DNA of 64,000 bases, from contig NC_045138.2 of assembly GCF_008831285.2 (NCBI RefSeq), forward strand, positions 36,084,001 through 36,148,000, in the 5' to 3' direction. The position numbers and the translations under genes were made by a program. The stretch comes from Nymphaea colorata. Its lineage: Eukaryota. The notes below the pieces were generated by a model. The model had not been told where the DNA came from and did no database searches. It saw only the letters and a program-made list of their open reading frames with translations. Below are positions 24,633 to 38,352 of the stretch, piece after piece (position 1 is the first letter of the stretch; the number at the start of each line of letters is the position of its first letter).

Positions 24633-26668
24633 GAAAGCATCCTCTTGGTGGCATCTTCTGCAACTGCAAGTCAAAAAGAAACTTCATACGCTAAAAGAAA
24701 AAGGGCAAAAATCGAATCGTAAACAAATTTCTGATAATTTTAGAGATCATGGGTGACGGCGGGTTCTTGACACAGACGACGCGAGATGGTCGTCATGTAT
24801 GGGAGAGAGAATGGAAGGAAGTTGAATTGCGGAGAAAGCTTTTTTAGAGAACTTCTTGGAGTTGAAATTAACTGTTCGAGTTGACACCGGAAAGATAGAA
24901 CGGTGAACGGAGCCGACCGCGACCCCCAGGTTATTTGGAGTTAGTTGTTATACAATTTTAAATTTTTAAGAAGTATTAATATGTAAATGAGAAAAAATAT
25001 CTTGGAATATCAATATAAAAATCAATGTTTTTGACAGGTATGGTCAGAAACTATGAAGTCCATTGATGCTCACCCTCTACATCGGTTAAAGCAATTCCTT
25101 ATTTTTGATGGTGAAAGATAGCTATGAAGGTGGGATTCAAATTGATGTCCGACCTAAATGCCGAAGATGCGAATACTCCATAAAAAATAATTCAGAATAC
25201 TAAAAGGAAGATGTGATGAAATTAAATACGAATTTACTCTTGACCTTTCAAACAGTTGAAAATTTCAATTCAAAAACAAGTAGCTAGGTAAAGGGAGCTG
25301 CGCTTGTCATCTGATCCACCAGACCACTTATCCGTGACGTCATGTCTCACGTACCCGAATTGCAAGGACCGAAATATCGTAAGTTTCACGTAAGGTTTTA
25401 GTGATCGAAATCATGCTCCCGATCCGATCACGTGATCTAGCAAGATAACCTGACATCCACCGCCATTAACATGCATCGTGATGTCATTAGTATCTTCGTG
25501 ATCGTCCCCACTAATCTATAAAGTTCATAAAGGGATGGAGAACCAGTCACCAACTGGTGATAAATTAAGCATTTCCTCGCCGTGTTTAATTAACCTGATC
25601 ACCACCCATTTACGGCTTAATTTACAAACCAATTGAGGCCAGTAATTCATCAAACCAGTCATACCAAAGAAAGAAACAAAGATCATGAACATACAACAAA
25701 GCTGTCCTACGCAGCACCATTTAATTAGAGGCCCACTTCCTTTGGCATTGAATAAATCAAACTGTGGATCGGCAGTCTTGGTAAAAACTTGGAGCCATGC
25801 GTTCCACTGGATTGAATTGTAAGTTGTCTAGATGCAGCCATGAATGCTGGCCTCCACTCCCGGAATTTCTTGGTATTGGTTTGTTTGATCAGGTCTATCG
25901 TGAATATGATTCAGGATGTGGACCAAATTAAATCGACCTGGTTAGTCCAGTTGAATTCTAAATTTTTGAGATCTACTCGGACCAATTAAAAACAAAAAAA
26001 AAAAGACTTTCCCTCTCTCTCCTTTTCAAAGAAAAAAATGGATGAAATTATGAACAGTCTTGCTGTTGCTTCAATAAAATTTGAACAATATATGCTTCTA
26101 AGTAAGACTTCAAATCCCATTTGTCTTGTGGAACCATTGCATGCCATAAATATCATTAACTTTTGAGTTTTAGTCGGCGAAGCTCTTCTCAAAAAATTGA
26201 TCGGCACGTTAATTTTCCCTGACAAAACCTTAAGAATTATATATATTTTTTAAATATTTAACTTTTTTTTTTGCCAATTTTCTCATAAAAACTTGTATCG
26301 CCATTCAAATTAGCTATTAAAATATTTTTAAAAGAAAAAATTATAAACATCTGAAAACTTTTTTTTCCGAGAAAGATAAATAGTCTTCCGCTTTTTTTTG
26401 GATCGAAGAAAGATGCTTGTTTCGATGGATTAACCGCGCATGCACACACTTCATGGTTCTCGAAATTGGTCTTAGGACCAAAGGATGGTGGATTTGAAAT
26501 CTCACCTTTCTTGAAATTAAAAGTTGTACCTCTATAATGGAATATCACGTATTCAAACATGACCTTAGTAGGATCACTGGTGAATGGGAGATATGACTGC
26601 TTGTCGATATCTTAATAATGAATGCTATTGTCTTAATTATATTAAGAGTTAGAAAGAGAAAGCCTCAC

Positions 26669-27069
26669 CATAGTTGGATCTGAGTCGTCGTGAATCGCCC
26701 GAATCATCTAGAATCGTCCATTTACTGAGTCACAAATCGGGTGGTTTGGGATCTTCAACTAATTACACGTTCTTTTTTTTTTTTTTGTTTCGTGTTGTTG
26801 AATAGTAAAGTATGTTATTTTTTGAATTTTGAAATATCAGAAACTTTGGTAAGTATAGACAAATACTCATATTACATGTCATTCAATTCTAGTTGACGAA
26901 AACAAATAAATAAATATGAAGTCCCCATAGATTTACCATATTCGTCTATTTATAGAAAAGAAAAAGAAAAAATGTAGTATGACATAACCCAGCCGAGTCG
27001 TCGAACAAACTCTCTCTAACCCGGCGACCCCGTCTTTAGCCGATCCGAGTTCGAGTTTCGTCAATTATG
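26669..27069. mobile_element. non-autonomous hAT-like element (401 bp)
   Basis: Termini CATAGTTG / CAATTATG, perfect 8-bp TSD AGCCTCAC (26661-26668, 27070-27077), subterminal GAGTC/GAATC motifs and AT-rich centre. Confidence 0.75.
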
Positions 27070-29098
27070 AGCCTCACCACAAGTTATTTTCAACATCTTG
27101 AGTTTAATTAAACTTCCTTGGGGTTGTCGTCATCTAATTCATGGTATTGGTACATGTCATAATGCAACATATATGTTGTCTGAGTGAGGCATAGCCATTT
27201 ATTGTTTGAGACGGCAATGTAATAAAGGCTGCCACTGTTGCTCCTTTACTGTCTTCATTAAATCGTGGCTCTTCTGCTGCAGGTTTCTTCAATCGTTTTC
27301 CACCTACTGCGAAGAACTTCCTTACATCATTACCAAATTCACCTCTCGTAAATTGGAATTCTCCCTTTTCTTACTGTTTCCCCTCCGAAAATAATTGAGT
27401 TTGATCCTTCACCAGAATGAGCTATGATCTAGTAGTGATAATGGGTACATCTTCAGTCCATATATATCATTGAAGTGCTTTTTACTTTTTGCTGCCTTTT
27501 CTTTCTTTCTTTCTTTCTTTCTTGTTATTTCAAGGAACCATCTGAATATTATTACACCATTTAATGGGCCTTTTGCTACGCACGTGAGATGAATAAACAA
27601 AGCATGTGTAGTATGTATTAATTGGATGTGCAAAAAAATCTGATTCTGATTGCCCTTGGTTTGAATCCATTAATTTCCTTCAATAAGAATCCAAATCCAA
27701 ATTCCAACCCCAATAGAAGTCTGAGAAGCCTAAGCAGGAGCAAACTCCCCGGATTTTCAAACAGTTCTACACTGTTTGAAATTTGAAATGAGTGAGAAGT
27801 CAGAAATAAATATTTCGATTCACTGCGAAAGAAAACAAGTGGTGCAATATAAGCTCCTGCTGGGTAGAAGAACCGTCTCGCATCACCATTCCCATGTCTT
27901 CTTCCTGAACTGTCGAAAAGCTTTCGAAAGTTAACTTTGGACGCATGCTTTCAGGTTGGAAATTTTGTTGGGGAGAGACTCCAATGAATTTCTTTTGGGT
28001 GAAACGGGAAAAAAGGATAATAATAAAAAAAAAAAAACAAGGACTTGAGGGATCTGAGTAGGAGAGCACAACAAAAGTGAATAACATATATTTTTTGTTC
28101 TAATAGATGTTGATACCTCCAGTGGTTGATTTTTTGGGACTTTCCTGCAATCTAAGGTCGTGCCTGAGTATGGAAAGAATCTTTGCCAAAGTTTTTCTTA
28201 GAGAGAGTTTGTTTGCTCAAAAGTGTCTCAAGTAACAAGAAACTAGGGGCATGCAATAATTCCACCTTTCTTCGAATGAGCCGTGAAAGTCTTATTAGAG
28301 TGCAGTGTTGCGTTGATGTTTGGTGTAAATTTCATGGCCACACTTTTACCCACCATTGTCATTAAACCTCAACTTAAACTACCGAGAAATGAACCCAAAA
28401 CCTAGATTTGGCGAGAAAAGGTTTTGCTTCCTTCTTGCTCATCATTTCCCAAGAGTTTCTTAATCGTTTTAGGGGAAACTGACCTTCACGGCACCCACAA
28501 CTTCTATTTGGATTCGGTGGGATTTGATTCATGCCATCAAACACATCCTAAAATAAGGGCATGGTTCAAATGTTATGAGCGAATTGAAAATCAGAATTAA
28601 TCAAATTTCGATGTAAATAAAGCGAAGAAAGGGAGATGTGAAGCCACATTTTGCAATTTACATCCTCTGAATTCGTCAGTGTTCCAACTCCCGAGAATTT
28701 TTGGTGGGATGGTCCAATTGGATCCAAATCCGTGTCCGATCCGTGGAAGCTCACCGCGCGATTTGGTTATTCCGCCAACGAACGTTCAACACCTTCCCCT
28801 CTCTCTTTCTTTCTCGTCCCTCTTTCCGCTTGTCTACGCGGTTAACCCCAAACTCGTTGGCCATCAGCGCGGAATCCTCTTCTCATTCGGCGCCATTGTT
28901 CCTCGATTAGAGAGGGAAGAGAGAGGAATGGAAGGGTGTGGTACTTGTTAGTTGATCTCCTTGCTCGATCACGACTCAATAGGTAAAGAATGGTGAGAAG
29001 GAGAAGAGCCATCCGACATCCCCTTTTTGGACCCCAAATTTCAATTTCCGAGCCATCTTCTTGATGGGTTCAGGAGGAACCGCGATCTCGCTTCCTCC

Positions 29099-32000
29099 AT
29101 GGATTCCGAGAAGAACTGTTCGAATTTGGATGAGAAGTTGTCCGAGGAGGCTGGTATCTTGGACCCCGAAGCCAAGATCATTGACTGGGAAGAGTTTCAG
29201 CAGGAGCTAGCCAGGTTATGGAGTCTCTCTTCGGCCCTCAGCAACGCTGAGGAAAAAAAAGAGTCGCTCGTTCAGATGCTGAACCCTCTTATGCAGGTTG
29301 GTATTTCTCCCTCCCTCTCGTTCCCACCGTTTCGGGCATGCTTTTGTGATCCTTTTGGGGTTCTTGTTTTTGTGCTTTGGTTACATGGTTCAATGTTGAT
29401 CATGTCTGAAATGACAACTATCTATTTTTTGGTCTGTGTCCTTTTTTCTGTTTTGACGATTTTCTGGCAATGTTTTTCTTGTGCATTTTCAACGGTAAGT
29501 ATTCAACTCTCTGAACCTTAGTTCCCTCTCAATTTTGGGCATCTTTTTTGTTCATCATCGGATTGTTTCTTTCAATTTAACTTTCATTCTGGAGATGAAA
29601 AAGATAGAAGAATATATTCTTTATGGCCTGATCTTGTGTGATCGGACTTGGGCTCTGGAGATTATTTTAATTCGGCCATCTTCTAGAAAAGCGAGTAAGC
29701 CTAGAAACCACATTGTGGAGTACGGCCCAACAGCCCCCTTATGCTTCATATCTTCTTCGTATGAAGTAATCAAGTGGTTTCTCGCATTAATCGTGTAATA
29801 TACCATGCTCTTATGAGTTATTGACCTTGAGTTGGGTTCCTGATTCTTCTATTTTGTATCCTTTGTTATCAATCTTGAAGGTTTAACCGTCTTAAGCGTC
29901 TCTCCTGCAGCGTTTTGGTTTTGGGGAAACCTTTTGCTTTAGGATCCATAGAACTGTTCTGTTTACACTTTTTTCATTTTTTATTATGGTTTCTTGCACG
30001 ACGAAACCACATCCAAACAGAACGCCTGGTTGCATTTCTTGCGGCATAGATTCCCGAGGCTAGTCACTCCGCCAGTAGGGCCTATGCTGCTACGCATGCT
30101 TTAGCTTATGCAGGGAGTGATTCATGAGCTTTGAATTCCACCTGCTTTCTTGGCCGCCAAAGTTTCATCTACTACTTTCTGTTCATTTGCATGGTAAACA
30201 TTTATTTTACTTGGTACAAGGATTGGGGGCTTTTTCTTTTTGTCACAGAACATTATAGTGGCTGAACTTTGTGCATGCATGGAATAGGTGTTTCTGCACT
30301 TTAATTGATTACTCCATCTTTTAGTGGCACCACCTTGTGGTGAGCAGGTCCGGGCAGAGTCCTTAGATAGAACAAATGAGCTTGAGGATATGAAGCAGAA
30401 ATTGGAAACGAGGAAGTGGACAATGGGAAACTTGTTGATGAAACTGAAGAATGCAAAGGAGGACTTGCAACTTAGGAAAGGAGAGCTATCTGTTGAAGCT
30501 AGGTCACTTCTAGTCGCTGCAAAGTCACACTCTGCAGCTGTAAGGCATTTACAAGTAAGGAATGGTTATGCAAGCCAATTTCATATTGCAGTTTGATTTT
30601 TGGTTTCCTGTTCCTTGACTTCTTCTTATCCAACCTACTGTTTCTTGATAAAATTTGTTCCCTCTGTTACAAATGTTTATTGCATGCCAATGTACATGCT
30701 AGTGGAAACCTTTCTTAGTTCCAATTGGTGTGTAATGTACCATGAAATCCTTTCTCTGCAGTTCTTCATCGAAAATGTCGTTTATATCTAATATAAGAAC
30801 ATGGCAGTGGATAAGTAAATAATATATGACTAACCACTTGGACATGGTGTGTCCAAAGTCATTCATCTGATTTCTTTGTGCTTCGCATGAAATTGGGTTA
30901 ATTGATTTGGGACTTCGTACCTCCATCATGGTTATTCTTGCATCTGGATGTCAGTATGTATTGCAGGTTACCTTTTTTCTGTATAAGTGGGTAAAATTTT
31001 CTAGTCCTGAACATTCTTGCGTGCTTTTCTGCTGTATCTTTGTACTTGCTTCATTGGGTTGTGATGTCCAAAATTTGACATGGCTAAGCGGAATGCAAGA
31101 TATTCTCCAGATTACATAATGTGGCTTCATTATTTAAATAATGACTCTAAGCAAGTAGCTGGGTATGAAAAAACATGGATTTAAGCATGTAATTGCTGTC
31201 CTTAAGAATTTTTTTCCCCCTGTGTGATATTGCTGTAAGATTAGGACTTGCCTGGATAAGTTGCATGAACTCCCTTTTACCATTCAGATGCCAGGTCAGA
31301 CTTTTTTTTTTGTCTCGTTCATTTAATTTGGATTGCCTAAATATCACTAATTGGTCATCAGAAGACTGAGGAGATATGTGATAGGAAGCTACTGGACACC
31401 TAATCACTGCATTGGTTCGTCTGAGCTTTTTGTCTTTCTCATTGTTGTGCTTCTCCTATTGTTTATCGTTTGAGAACCAGGATAATGGTTGTGGCTGACT
31501 CTGTACCTGTTGCTTTCAATGTACTTAATTTTCAAAAGATAACTATCCTAGAACTCTGATAGGAAGAGAACATATTGCTAGCTGGAGAAATGGGACATAA
31601 GCATTTGAAAGAGGTGCAGAAGTTGTTGCGAAGAAGGCATCAGCACATGGTTATGCAGATTTCCACTATTTATCCTTTGAAGGTATTAAATGGAAGAGCA
31701 CCTGACGTTGGGGTTAATCAACCATGCCCTAATGGAGGTTCCTCAGGTAATCTGTAGATCCTGCATTGTGGAGCTTCCATATATTATCTTTTAAGGTCAT
31801 ATGGGATAATTATGCTTCTCTTTCTGTGTGTATTGTGTGTTTGTGGATACAATACTGGATGAGCAATTTGGATGATGAAATAACATTCTCCTTTCAGGGG
31901 ATGGTGCTGCTTGTCCACCTGGTGCTTTAACACTTAATATGTCTGGTAAGTGGTAGTGGATCGTTCACTATATTGGCAATGCAACTAGTGGTGCTGCCCT

Positions 32001-33635
32001 TAAGGTCCGGCTGACAGGTTCTCAATGGTACGATAAAATTGTCCTTTCAGGGGATGGTGCCAGTTGTCCACTTGATGCGTCAACACATAATAACCCTGGT
32101 AATGGGTCTCTCACTATATTGGGACTCCTACTAGTGGTTCCGCCCTTAAGAAAGTCAAGCTTTTTCAGTGATAAGCAAGAGATTCAGAGGACTGCTGCTG
32201 CCTTGGGTTATGTTGCACATGTGAGTTCTTCCATTCTCAGTACTGGAGAAAGCATCTGTTGCCTTTTTTTCTCCTCACGTTAATTTACTTCTTAAAGTCA
32301 TAGGTCCATAGCTGTTGTGGACTTGTAAACTTAGTACCATGTGTATTTTTTTCATTTAGTTTGTTTTTGTATTGATTTACTGAGTATGAATTGTTTGCTT
32401 TACTCATTTTATGCTGACCTTTTTCTACCTCTTGGTTTATCAGTTTGTATCGCTTATTGCATCATACTTGGAGGTTCCTCTACGGTATCCTTTACGCTTG
32501 GGAGGTTCACGCTCATATGTTCTTGATCCTGCTCCTTCTGTTGAGCCTATGTCATCTGATCCAGCTTATTCTTCAACTGCATATTCCAGTCCAAAGCCTG
32601 CAGGGTTCCCCCTCTTTTTGGAAGGACAGGACACAACACGATTTGCTTATGCTATATTTTTGCTAAACAAGGTTCCTTCTATTTATTTGCTTTGTATTGA
32701 AGCATTTAGCTTTTGGATGTTCTGTTTTTCTAATATGAAAATTTTGAACAAATCTTAACCTCAAAGAAATCATGCAAGAGATATTATAGAAAACATAAAC
32801 TGCGGTAGTTGCATGTTCATGTTAAAGCATTATGTCATTTATTTCACACTATTTGAAATCAGTTTATATATTGGAAGAAAAGTCTAAGAAAGTAAAGTAT
32901 CTCAACGAGGGATGAAGTAGTCTTCAATATTATGGTCCAATGAGCTGTTAGCATTTCCTTTTAATGCATTCTTTCCATTTACCAACGCATAAATACCGAT
33001 GTTATGTTGTCTGTGATGAACAGAAAGTAAAACAAAATGTTGAAAGTCAGACCTGGCACTTGATGCGATTGCTGCCATCAATTCACAAGTAAATCTAATC
33101 GAGTGTGTATTTTACAAGCCAATCATAAAATTCAACCTAGTTTGCTTTAAATTGTGAAGTATTACAGTTCTTACCTGGATTTTCCTGGAAGCTGCTTTAT
33201 GAATTATTTGATTTCTTTGCCTTTTTGAAGCTGAAGATGTATGCAGTATTTTCTTCCTGAAATCTGTCCTGTTTTGGATCATTAGCATTCTGTCATGGGC
33301 ATGTCATGCACCATATTTATTTTTTAAAAATTTATGCATTTATGTGCAAAAATAGTTGATCACTTGATATTGCTTCCATATACACTGCTTATAATCAATT
33401 ATGGGTGCAAAGCAGACTGTAAATATAGGTATTTTCCGTTTTTTCCATCTTATGAAATGATAAGAACCTGACATGTTTGTTTCTCTGGCTTGAGAAGGAC
33501 ATCGAGCAATTGCTTAATTCTCTGGGCATTCAAAGTACAGGACCGCGAAGGGTGCTGGCCAATTTGAAGGAGCTGTTGAGATGCATCCAGTCTCATGATT
33601 ATGTAGATAACCTCAATGTTTCTTTTCCAAGTTGA
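29099..33635 (+). CDS. VPS38: VPS38/UVRAG-like subunit of PI3K complex II
   Basis: Exons 29099-29296, 30348-30554, 31563-31746, 32051-32220, 32444-32671, 33498-33635 are phase-compatible and GT-AG. Motifs [81 protein letters not shown]. Confidence 0.9.
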
Positions 33636-34249
33636 CTTTTTCTGCTGGACTCTGTACCACTCTACTATAACATCCAGAGAAGGGTAATTAGGCGGCATTG
33701 GTGCGGCTTTTTTTTGTGGAGCACTTAACCATCATGCCCATGTCAAGAGGTTAAATTTTTTAAAGTCTTCGAGGGCTGTTGTTTTGTTGTATTGCGGTAG
33801 AAGCATTCTTGAAGATAATTGTGTATAAAATGCGACCAAACTGCTGCTCTTACATAATGAGCTTTCCAGTTTTCCAAGTTCAGTGTAGCATAGAGCTTGG
33901 GAATGGCATTAAAACCGGAGGCAGCATTTAGGGCTTCTTAATGGTATACAAGCTGGTTGTTTGTGTTGTAACCTTTTTTATTTTTCGAAGTGGAAGCCAA
34001 CTTACTGTAGAATATGATATACTAACTGGTTAAATTAACAAAAATTCAACGATACAAGTGTAGCTTACTCTTTTTCATGATGACTAAGTTCTGGACTTGC
34101 ACACCAGAGCAACAGCTAGCTGAGCGTAGTGAAAGCAACCAGGTGGATATGATGCTGGATTTATACCTCAACCATTTACGAGATTCTGTCCTTTCCATGT
34201 CAAGCCAACAGGGAAGATTCTCGTGTGTCATCCAAATCCTTATTGTGGT

Positions 34250-36736
34250 CCACTTTGCTTGAGTTAGCCTCAACGATTTGGATATGTGCACAGGCTCAAA
34301 GAAGCTCCATTATCGGAGGTTGACATCTGTCCTTGTTGGTTCTCGAGCTAATTCCTTTTGACATGGTCTCTGGTCGCACAGACACACACTCACTCTGAGT
34401 AGACAATCTGTTTAGGTACTCTTCTTCCTGCATGCGTTTGTTTCATTACGGGTTCATATAAGCGTTGCAGTCAAGTTCCTCAACTTAGGCACATGTACAA
34501 TTGACACAACTATTAGAAGCGGCATCGGTGCTTCAACTTTTACCCATTCCTCCAAACAAGGCAAGTGAAGAACAACTCTCAACTTGGGAAATGGAACAAC
34601 CTGAGGATTTCCACAATTTCCACAAAATTCCTTGCTTATGCATTTGATTCCAATGACTTATGCTTAGAAATTCAAGAAACGGCAACTTGACAAATGCAGG
34701 CAGCGCCTCCATAAATTCTATGTTCACTAGATGAGATGAAGACTGGCATGGCAGCCATGAAAGCCTCTTTAGTCTCGGGATGTTAGACACATTTACGCTC
34801 CCAAGAAACCGCATCACTCCATCCACTTCCAGCCACTCTTCCAAATTAAGAAACTCATGCACATTGAGAGTCTCCAACTTGGGGAATGCATTTTCCAGTT
34901 TAACACTGCCATAGAACTCCTTACCTATGCATTTCACCTTATCGATTCCTTCCATGTAGAGGAGCTTAAGAAAGGGCCCCAAGTAATGGTAGCAGTTCAC
35001 AGTTCACACATTGAATGAGCCGCACCTCCACTAGGTTGGACAACCATGGATATGTCATCCAACTTGGAAATTTCTTGCCATCATAATGCTCTACTGCAAG
35101 CTTTGCAAGGGTTTTGCAAGGTTGGAGATTTTCAAAGGCAGCCTCTATCCTTTCTGTAAAATCAAAACTTTTATAAGCTTGATCAAAGGGATCAACATCT
35201 TTTCCTGATGGAAACCCACTAAGCAATGACATTAGTAGAGAACAAAGCTATCTACATTTAAGATCTGAAGGTATCCGGAACATCAGTTCTAAAGAACATA
35301 TTTCTGTCCTTTTCAGGAGCTGTGGTTCTTTTTGCCTCAATATCATTCTTGACCATGTAAAGATTTTCTATGCATAGATCTCCATGGAGAAGGTTAAGCT
35401 TCCTTAAGTTCATGAATTCTACACTCAGCTGACACAATAAACCTGTGTAATGGGTGCCTCCGATACCTTCTGGCAAGGATCTTATTTTATGGGTGCCTCC
35501 AAGCTCAAGATATCTCAAGCTGCTCATCTGGTTGATTTTCTGTGGTAGCTCTTTGAGGCTAGAGCAGCCAATGAGATCTAAAATCTCTAAGCTGCACAAT
35601 GAAGCAACAGATGTTAGTAGTTCTGTAATTGGATTGTGTGAGAGGATCAGGTGCCTTAGATGCTTCATGTTCTTCACTGCCTTTGGCAATGCACGAATGC
35701 CTACCTTTCCCAAATCGAAGAGCGTCAAACTGGCCAAACTTCTGACGAGATTAGAAAGTCCTCCGGAGAAAGGCATTTTATCTAGTAATCTCAGAGTGCG
35801 CAATTGGCCAATATGACTGTTTTCTTGAAAGGGGGATGCAGCACCAAAGAGTACACGATTCACTTTATAGTCCAGAAATAAATGACGTGTTTTCAGTGAA
35901 ATGCCGTTTGGCATTTCTACTGTCAGATACTCTTCCCCAGCAAAAAAACGAAAAAGATCATGTGCCATTTTAGGAACATAATATGCATTGTTCTTATCAA
36001 CCGCAGCTTGCAAGTACGTTCTCGACGACAATTCCCTGAAATAGCCGTCAGCTAATTGAAGCATCATGTTCATCCTATCATTCTTGAGAAAACAGTTTCG
36101 AACCCATGAAATTTTCAATTCATTCTTAGAAATCAGTCTCTGTCTAGGATATAGAGAAGAAAATGCAAAGCAACTATTAAGATGTGAAGGCAAGTAATAA
36201 AAACTTAACAAAAATGATGGTAAGACCCCGTCGAGTCTAGGAAGAGACCACAATTGGTCCTCTAAAACGGCCTACGATTGCTCCTTTGTTTCCAAGCCTC
36301 GAAGCACACCACCTACAACCTTCACAGCATGAGGCAATCCCTCGCACTTCTTCAGTATCTCTCTTCCAATTCTTTCCAACATAGTTTGCACACAATCTCC
36401 TCTGCCTTCGAGCTCCTCATAATGAAAAAGTCTCCAACTATCCTCGTTTGACAAAGGCTCAAGTTGGCAAGCGTGGTTGATGCCCGGCATCAATGAAACC
36501 TTCTCGCTGCAGCTTGCGACTATAATCCTGCTACCACGTGCACCACAGGAGAGAGGTTTCTCAAAGGCTCCCACTCTTCTGAGTTCTCAAACCACACATT
36601 GTCTAATACGAGCAAAAACCTCATATTTTCCAACAAAGAGTATCTTGCATATACCATAAGTCTGCAATAAAATGAGGCTCGTAACCTCGTGCAGCGGTTA
36701 AAATCTCATTTGTGATTCTCATCACATTCAAACCTA
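34250..36736 (-). pseudogene. NB-ARC-LRR resistance-gene pseudogene (non-TIR, RGA-like), 5'-truncated
   Basis: Kinase-2 FLLVLDNVW, RNBS-B GARGSRIIV, LEPLSNEDSWRLF, GLPL-like KCEGLPHAVKVVG, RNBS-D LPSHLNSCFAFSSLYP, MHD-like KMAHDL, LRRs (MKHLRHLILS, LENAFPKLETL). Several stops and frameshifts; no P-loop or CC domain. The 3' limit is approximate. Confidence 0.92.
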
Positions 36737-38352
36737 CTGCTTTGAACCCATAATCGATTATAAGCAGTGTATATGGAAGCAATATCAAGTGATCAACTAT
36801 TCTTGCATATAAATGCATCAATGTTTAAAAAATAAATATGGTGCATGACATGACCATGACAAAATGCTAATGATCCAAAACAGGACAGATTTCGGGAAGA
36901 AAATACTGCATACATCTTCAGCTTCAAAAAGGCAAAGAAATCAAATAATTCATAAAGCAGCTTCCAGGAAAATCCAGGTAAGAACTGTAATACTTAAAAA
37001 TTTAAAGCAAACTAGGATGAATTTTATGATTGGCTTGTAAAATACACACTCGATTAGATTTACTTGTAAATTGATGGCAGCAATCGCATCAAGTGCCAGG
37101 TCTGACTTTCAACATTTTGTTTTACTTTCTGTTCATCACAGACAACATAACATCGGTATTTATGCGTTGGTAAATGGAGAGAGTGCATTAAAAGGAAATG
37201 CTAACAGCTCATTAGACCATAATATTGAAGACTACTTTATCCCTGGTTGAGATACTTTACTTTCTTAGACTTTTCTTCCAATATATAATCTGATTTCAAA
37301 TAGTACGAAATAAATGACATAATGCTTTAACATGCAACGACCGCAGTTTATTTTTTCTATAATTTTTCTCTTGCATGATTTCCTTGAGGTTAAGATTTGT
37401 TCAAAATTTTCATATTAAAAAAACAGAACATCCAAAAGCTAAATGCTTCAATACAAAGCAAATAAATAGAAGGAACCTTGTTTAGCAAAAATATAGCATA
37501 AGGAAATCGAGTTGTGCCTTGTCCTTCCAAAAAGAGGGGGAACCCTGCAGGCTTTGGACTGGAATATGCGGTTGAAGCCTAAGCTGGATCAGATGACATA
37601 GGCTCAACAGAAGAAGCAGGATCAAGAACATATGAGCGTGAACCTCCCAAGCGTAAAGGATACCGTAGAGGAACATCCAAGTATGATGACATAAGCGATA
37701 CAAACTGATAAACCAAGAGGTAAAAAAAGGTCAGCATAAAATGAGTAAAGCAAACAATTCATACTCAAAGTAAATCAATACAAAAACAAACTAAATGAAA
37801 AAAATACACATATGGTACTAAGTTTACAAGTCCACAACAGCTATGGACATATGACTTTAAGAAGTAAATTAACGTGAGGAGAAAAAAAGGCAACAGATGC
37901 TTTCTCCAGTCTGAGAATGGAAGAACTCACATGTGCAACATAACCAAGGCAGCAGCAGACCTCTGAATCACTTGCTTATCACTGAAAAAGCTTGACTTTC
38001 TTAAGGGCGGAACCACGAGTAGCAGTCCCAATATAGTGAGAGACCCATTACCAGGGTTATTATGTGTTGACGCATCAAGTGGACAACTGGCAGCATCCCC
38101 TGAAAGGACAATTTTATCGTACCATTGAGAGGCTGTCAGCCTGACCTTAAGGGCAGCACCACTAGTTGCATTGCCAATATAGTGAACGATCCACTACCAC
38201 TTACCAGGGGATATTAAGTGTTAAAGCACCAGGTGGACAAACAGCACCATCCCCTGAAAGGGGAATGTTATTCCATCATCCAAATTGCTCATCCAGTATT
38301 GTATCCACAAACACACAACACACACAAAAAGAGAAGCATAATTATCCCATAT
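36737..38352 (-). pseudogene. inverted partial duplicate of the VPS38-like gene (exons 4a, 4, 5 plus introns)
   Basis: Reverse complement of 31799-33415. Exon copies at 38253-38205 (+1 nt), 38099-37931 (-1 nt) and 37704-37477 (TAT>TAG stop at 37579-37581). Confidence 0.95.

Noticed and set aside
23960..24930. Short ORFs and a CT-rich minus-strand leader suggesting a small gene or lncRNA
   Set aside because: No recognisable protein, hairpin or consistent exon structure.
33416..36736. Idea that the spacer between the inverted repeats was itself inverted
   Set aside because: The VPS38 last exon inside the spacer is in the correct orientation and phase, so insertion of an inverted copy fits better.
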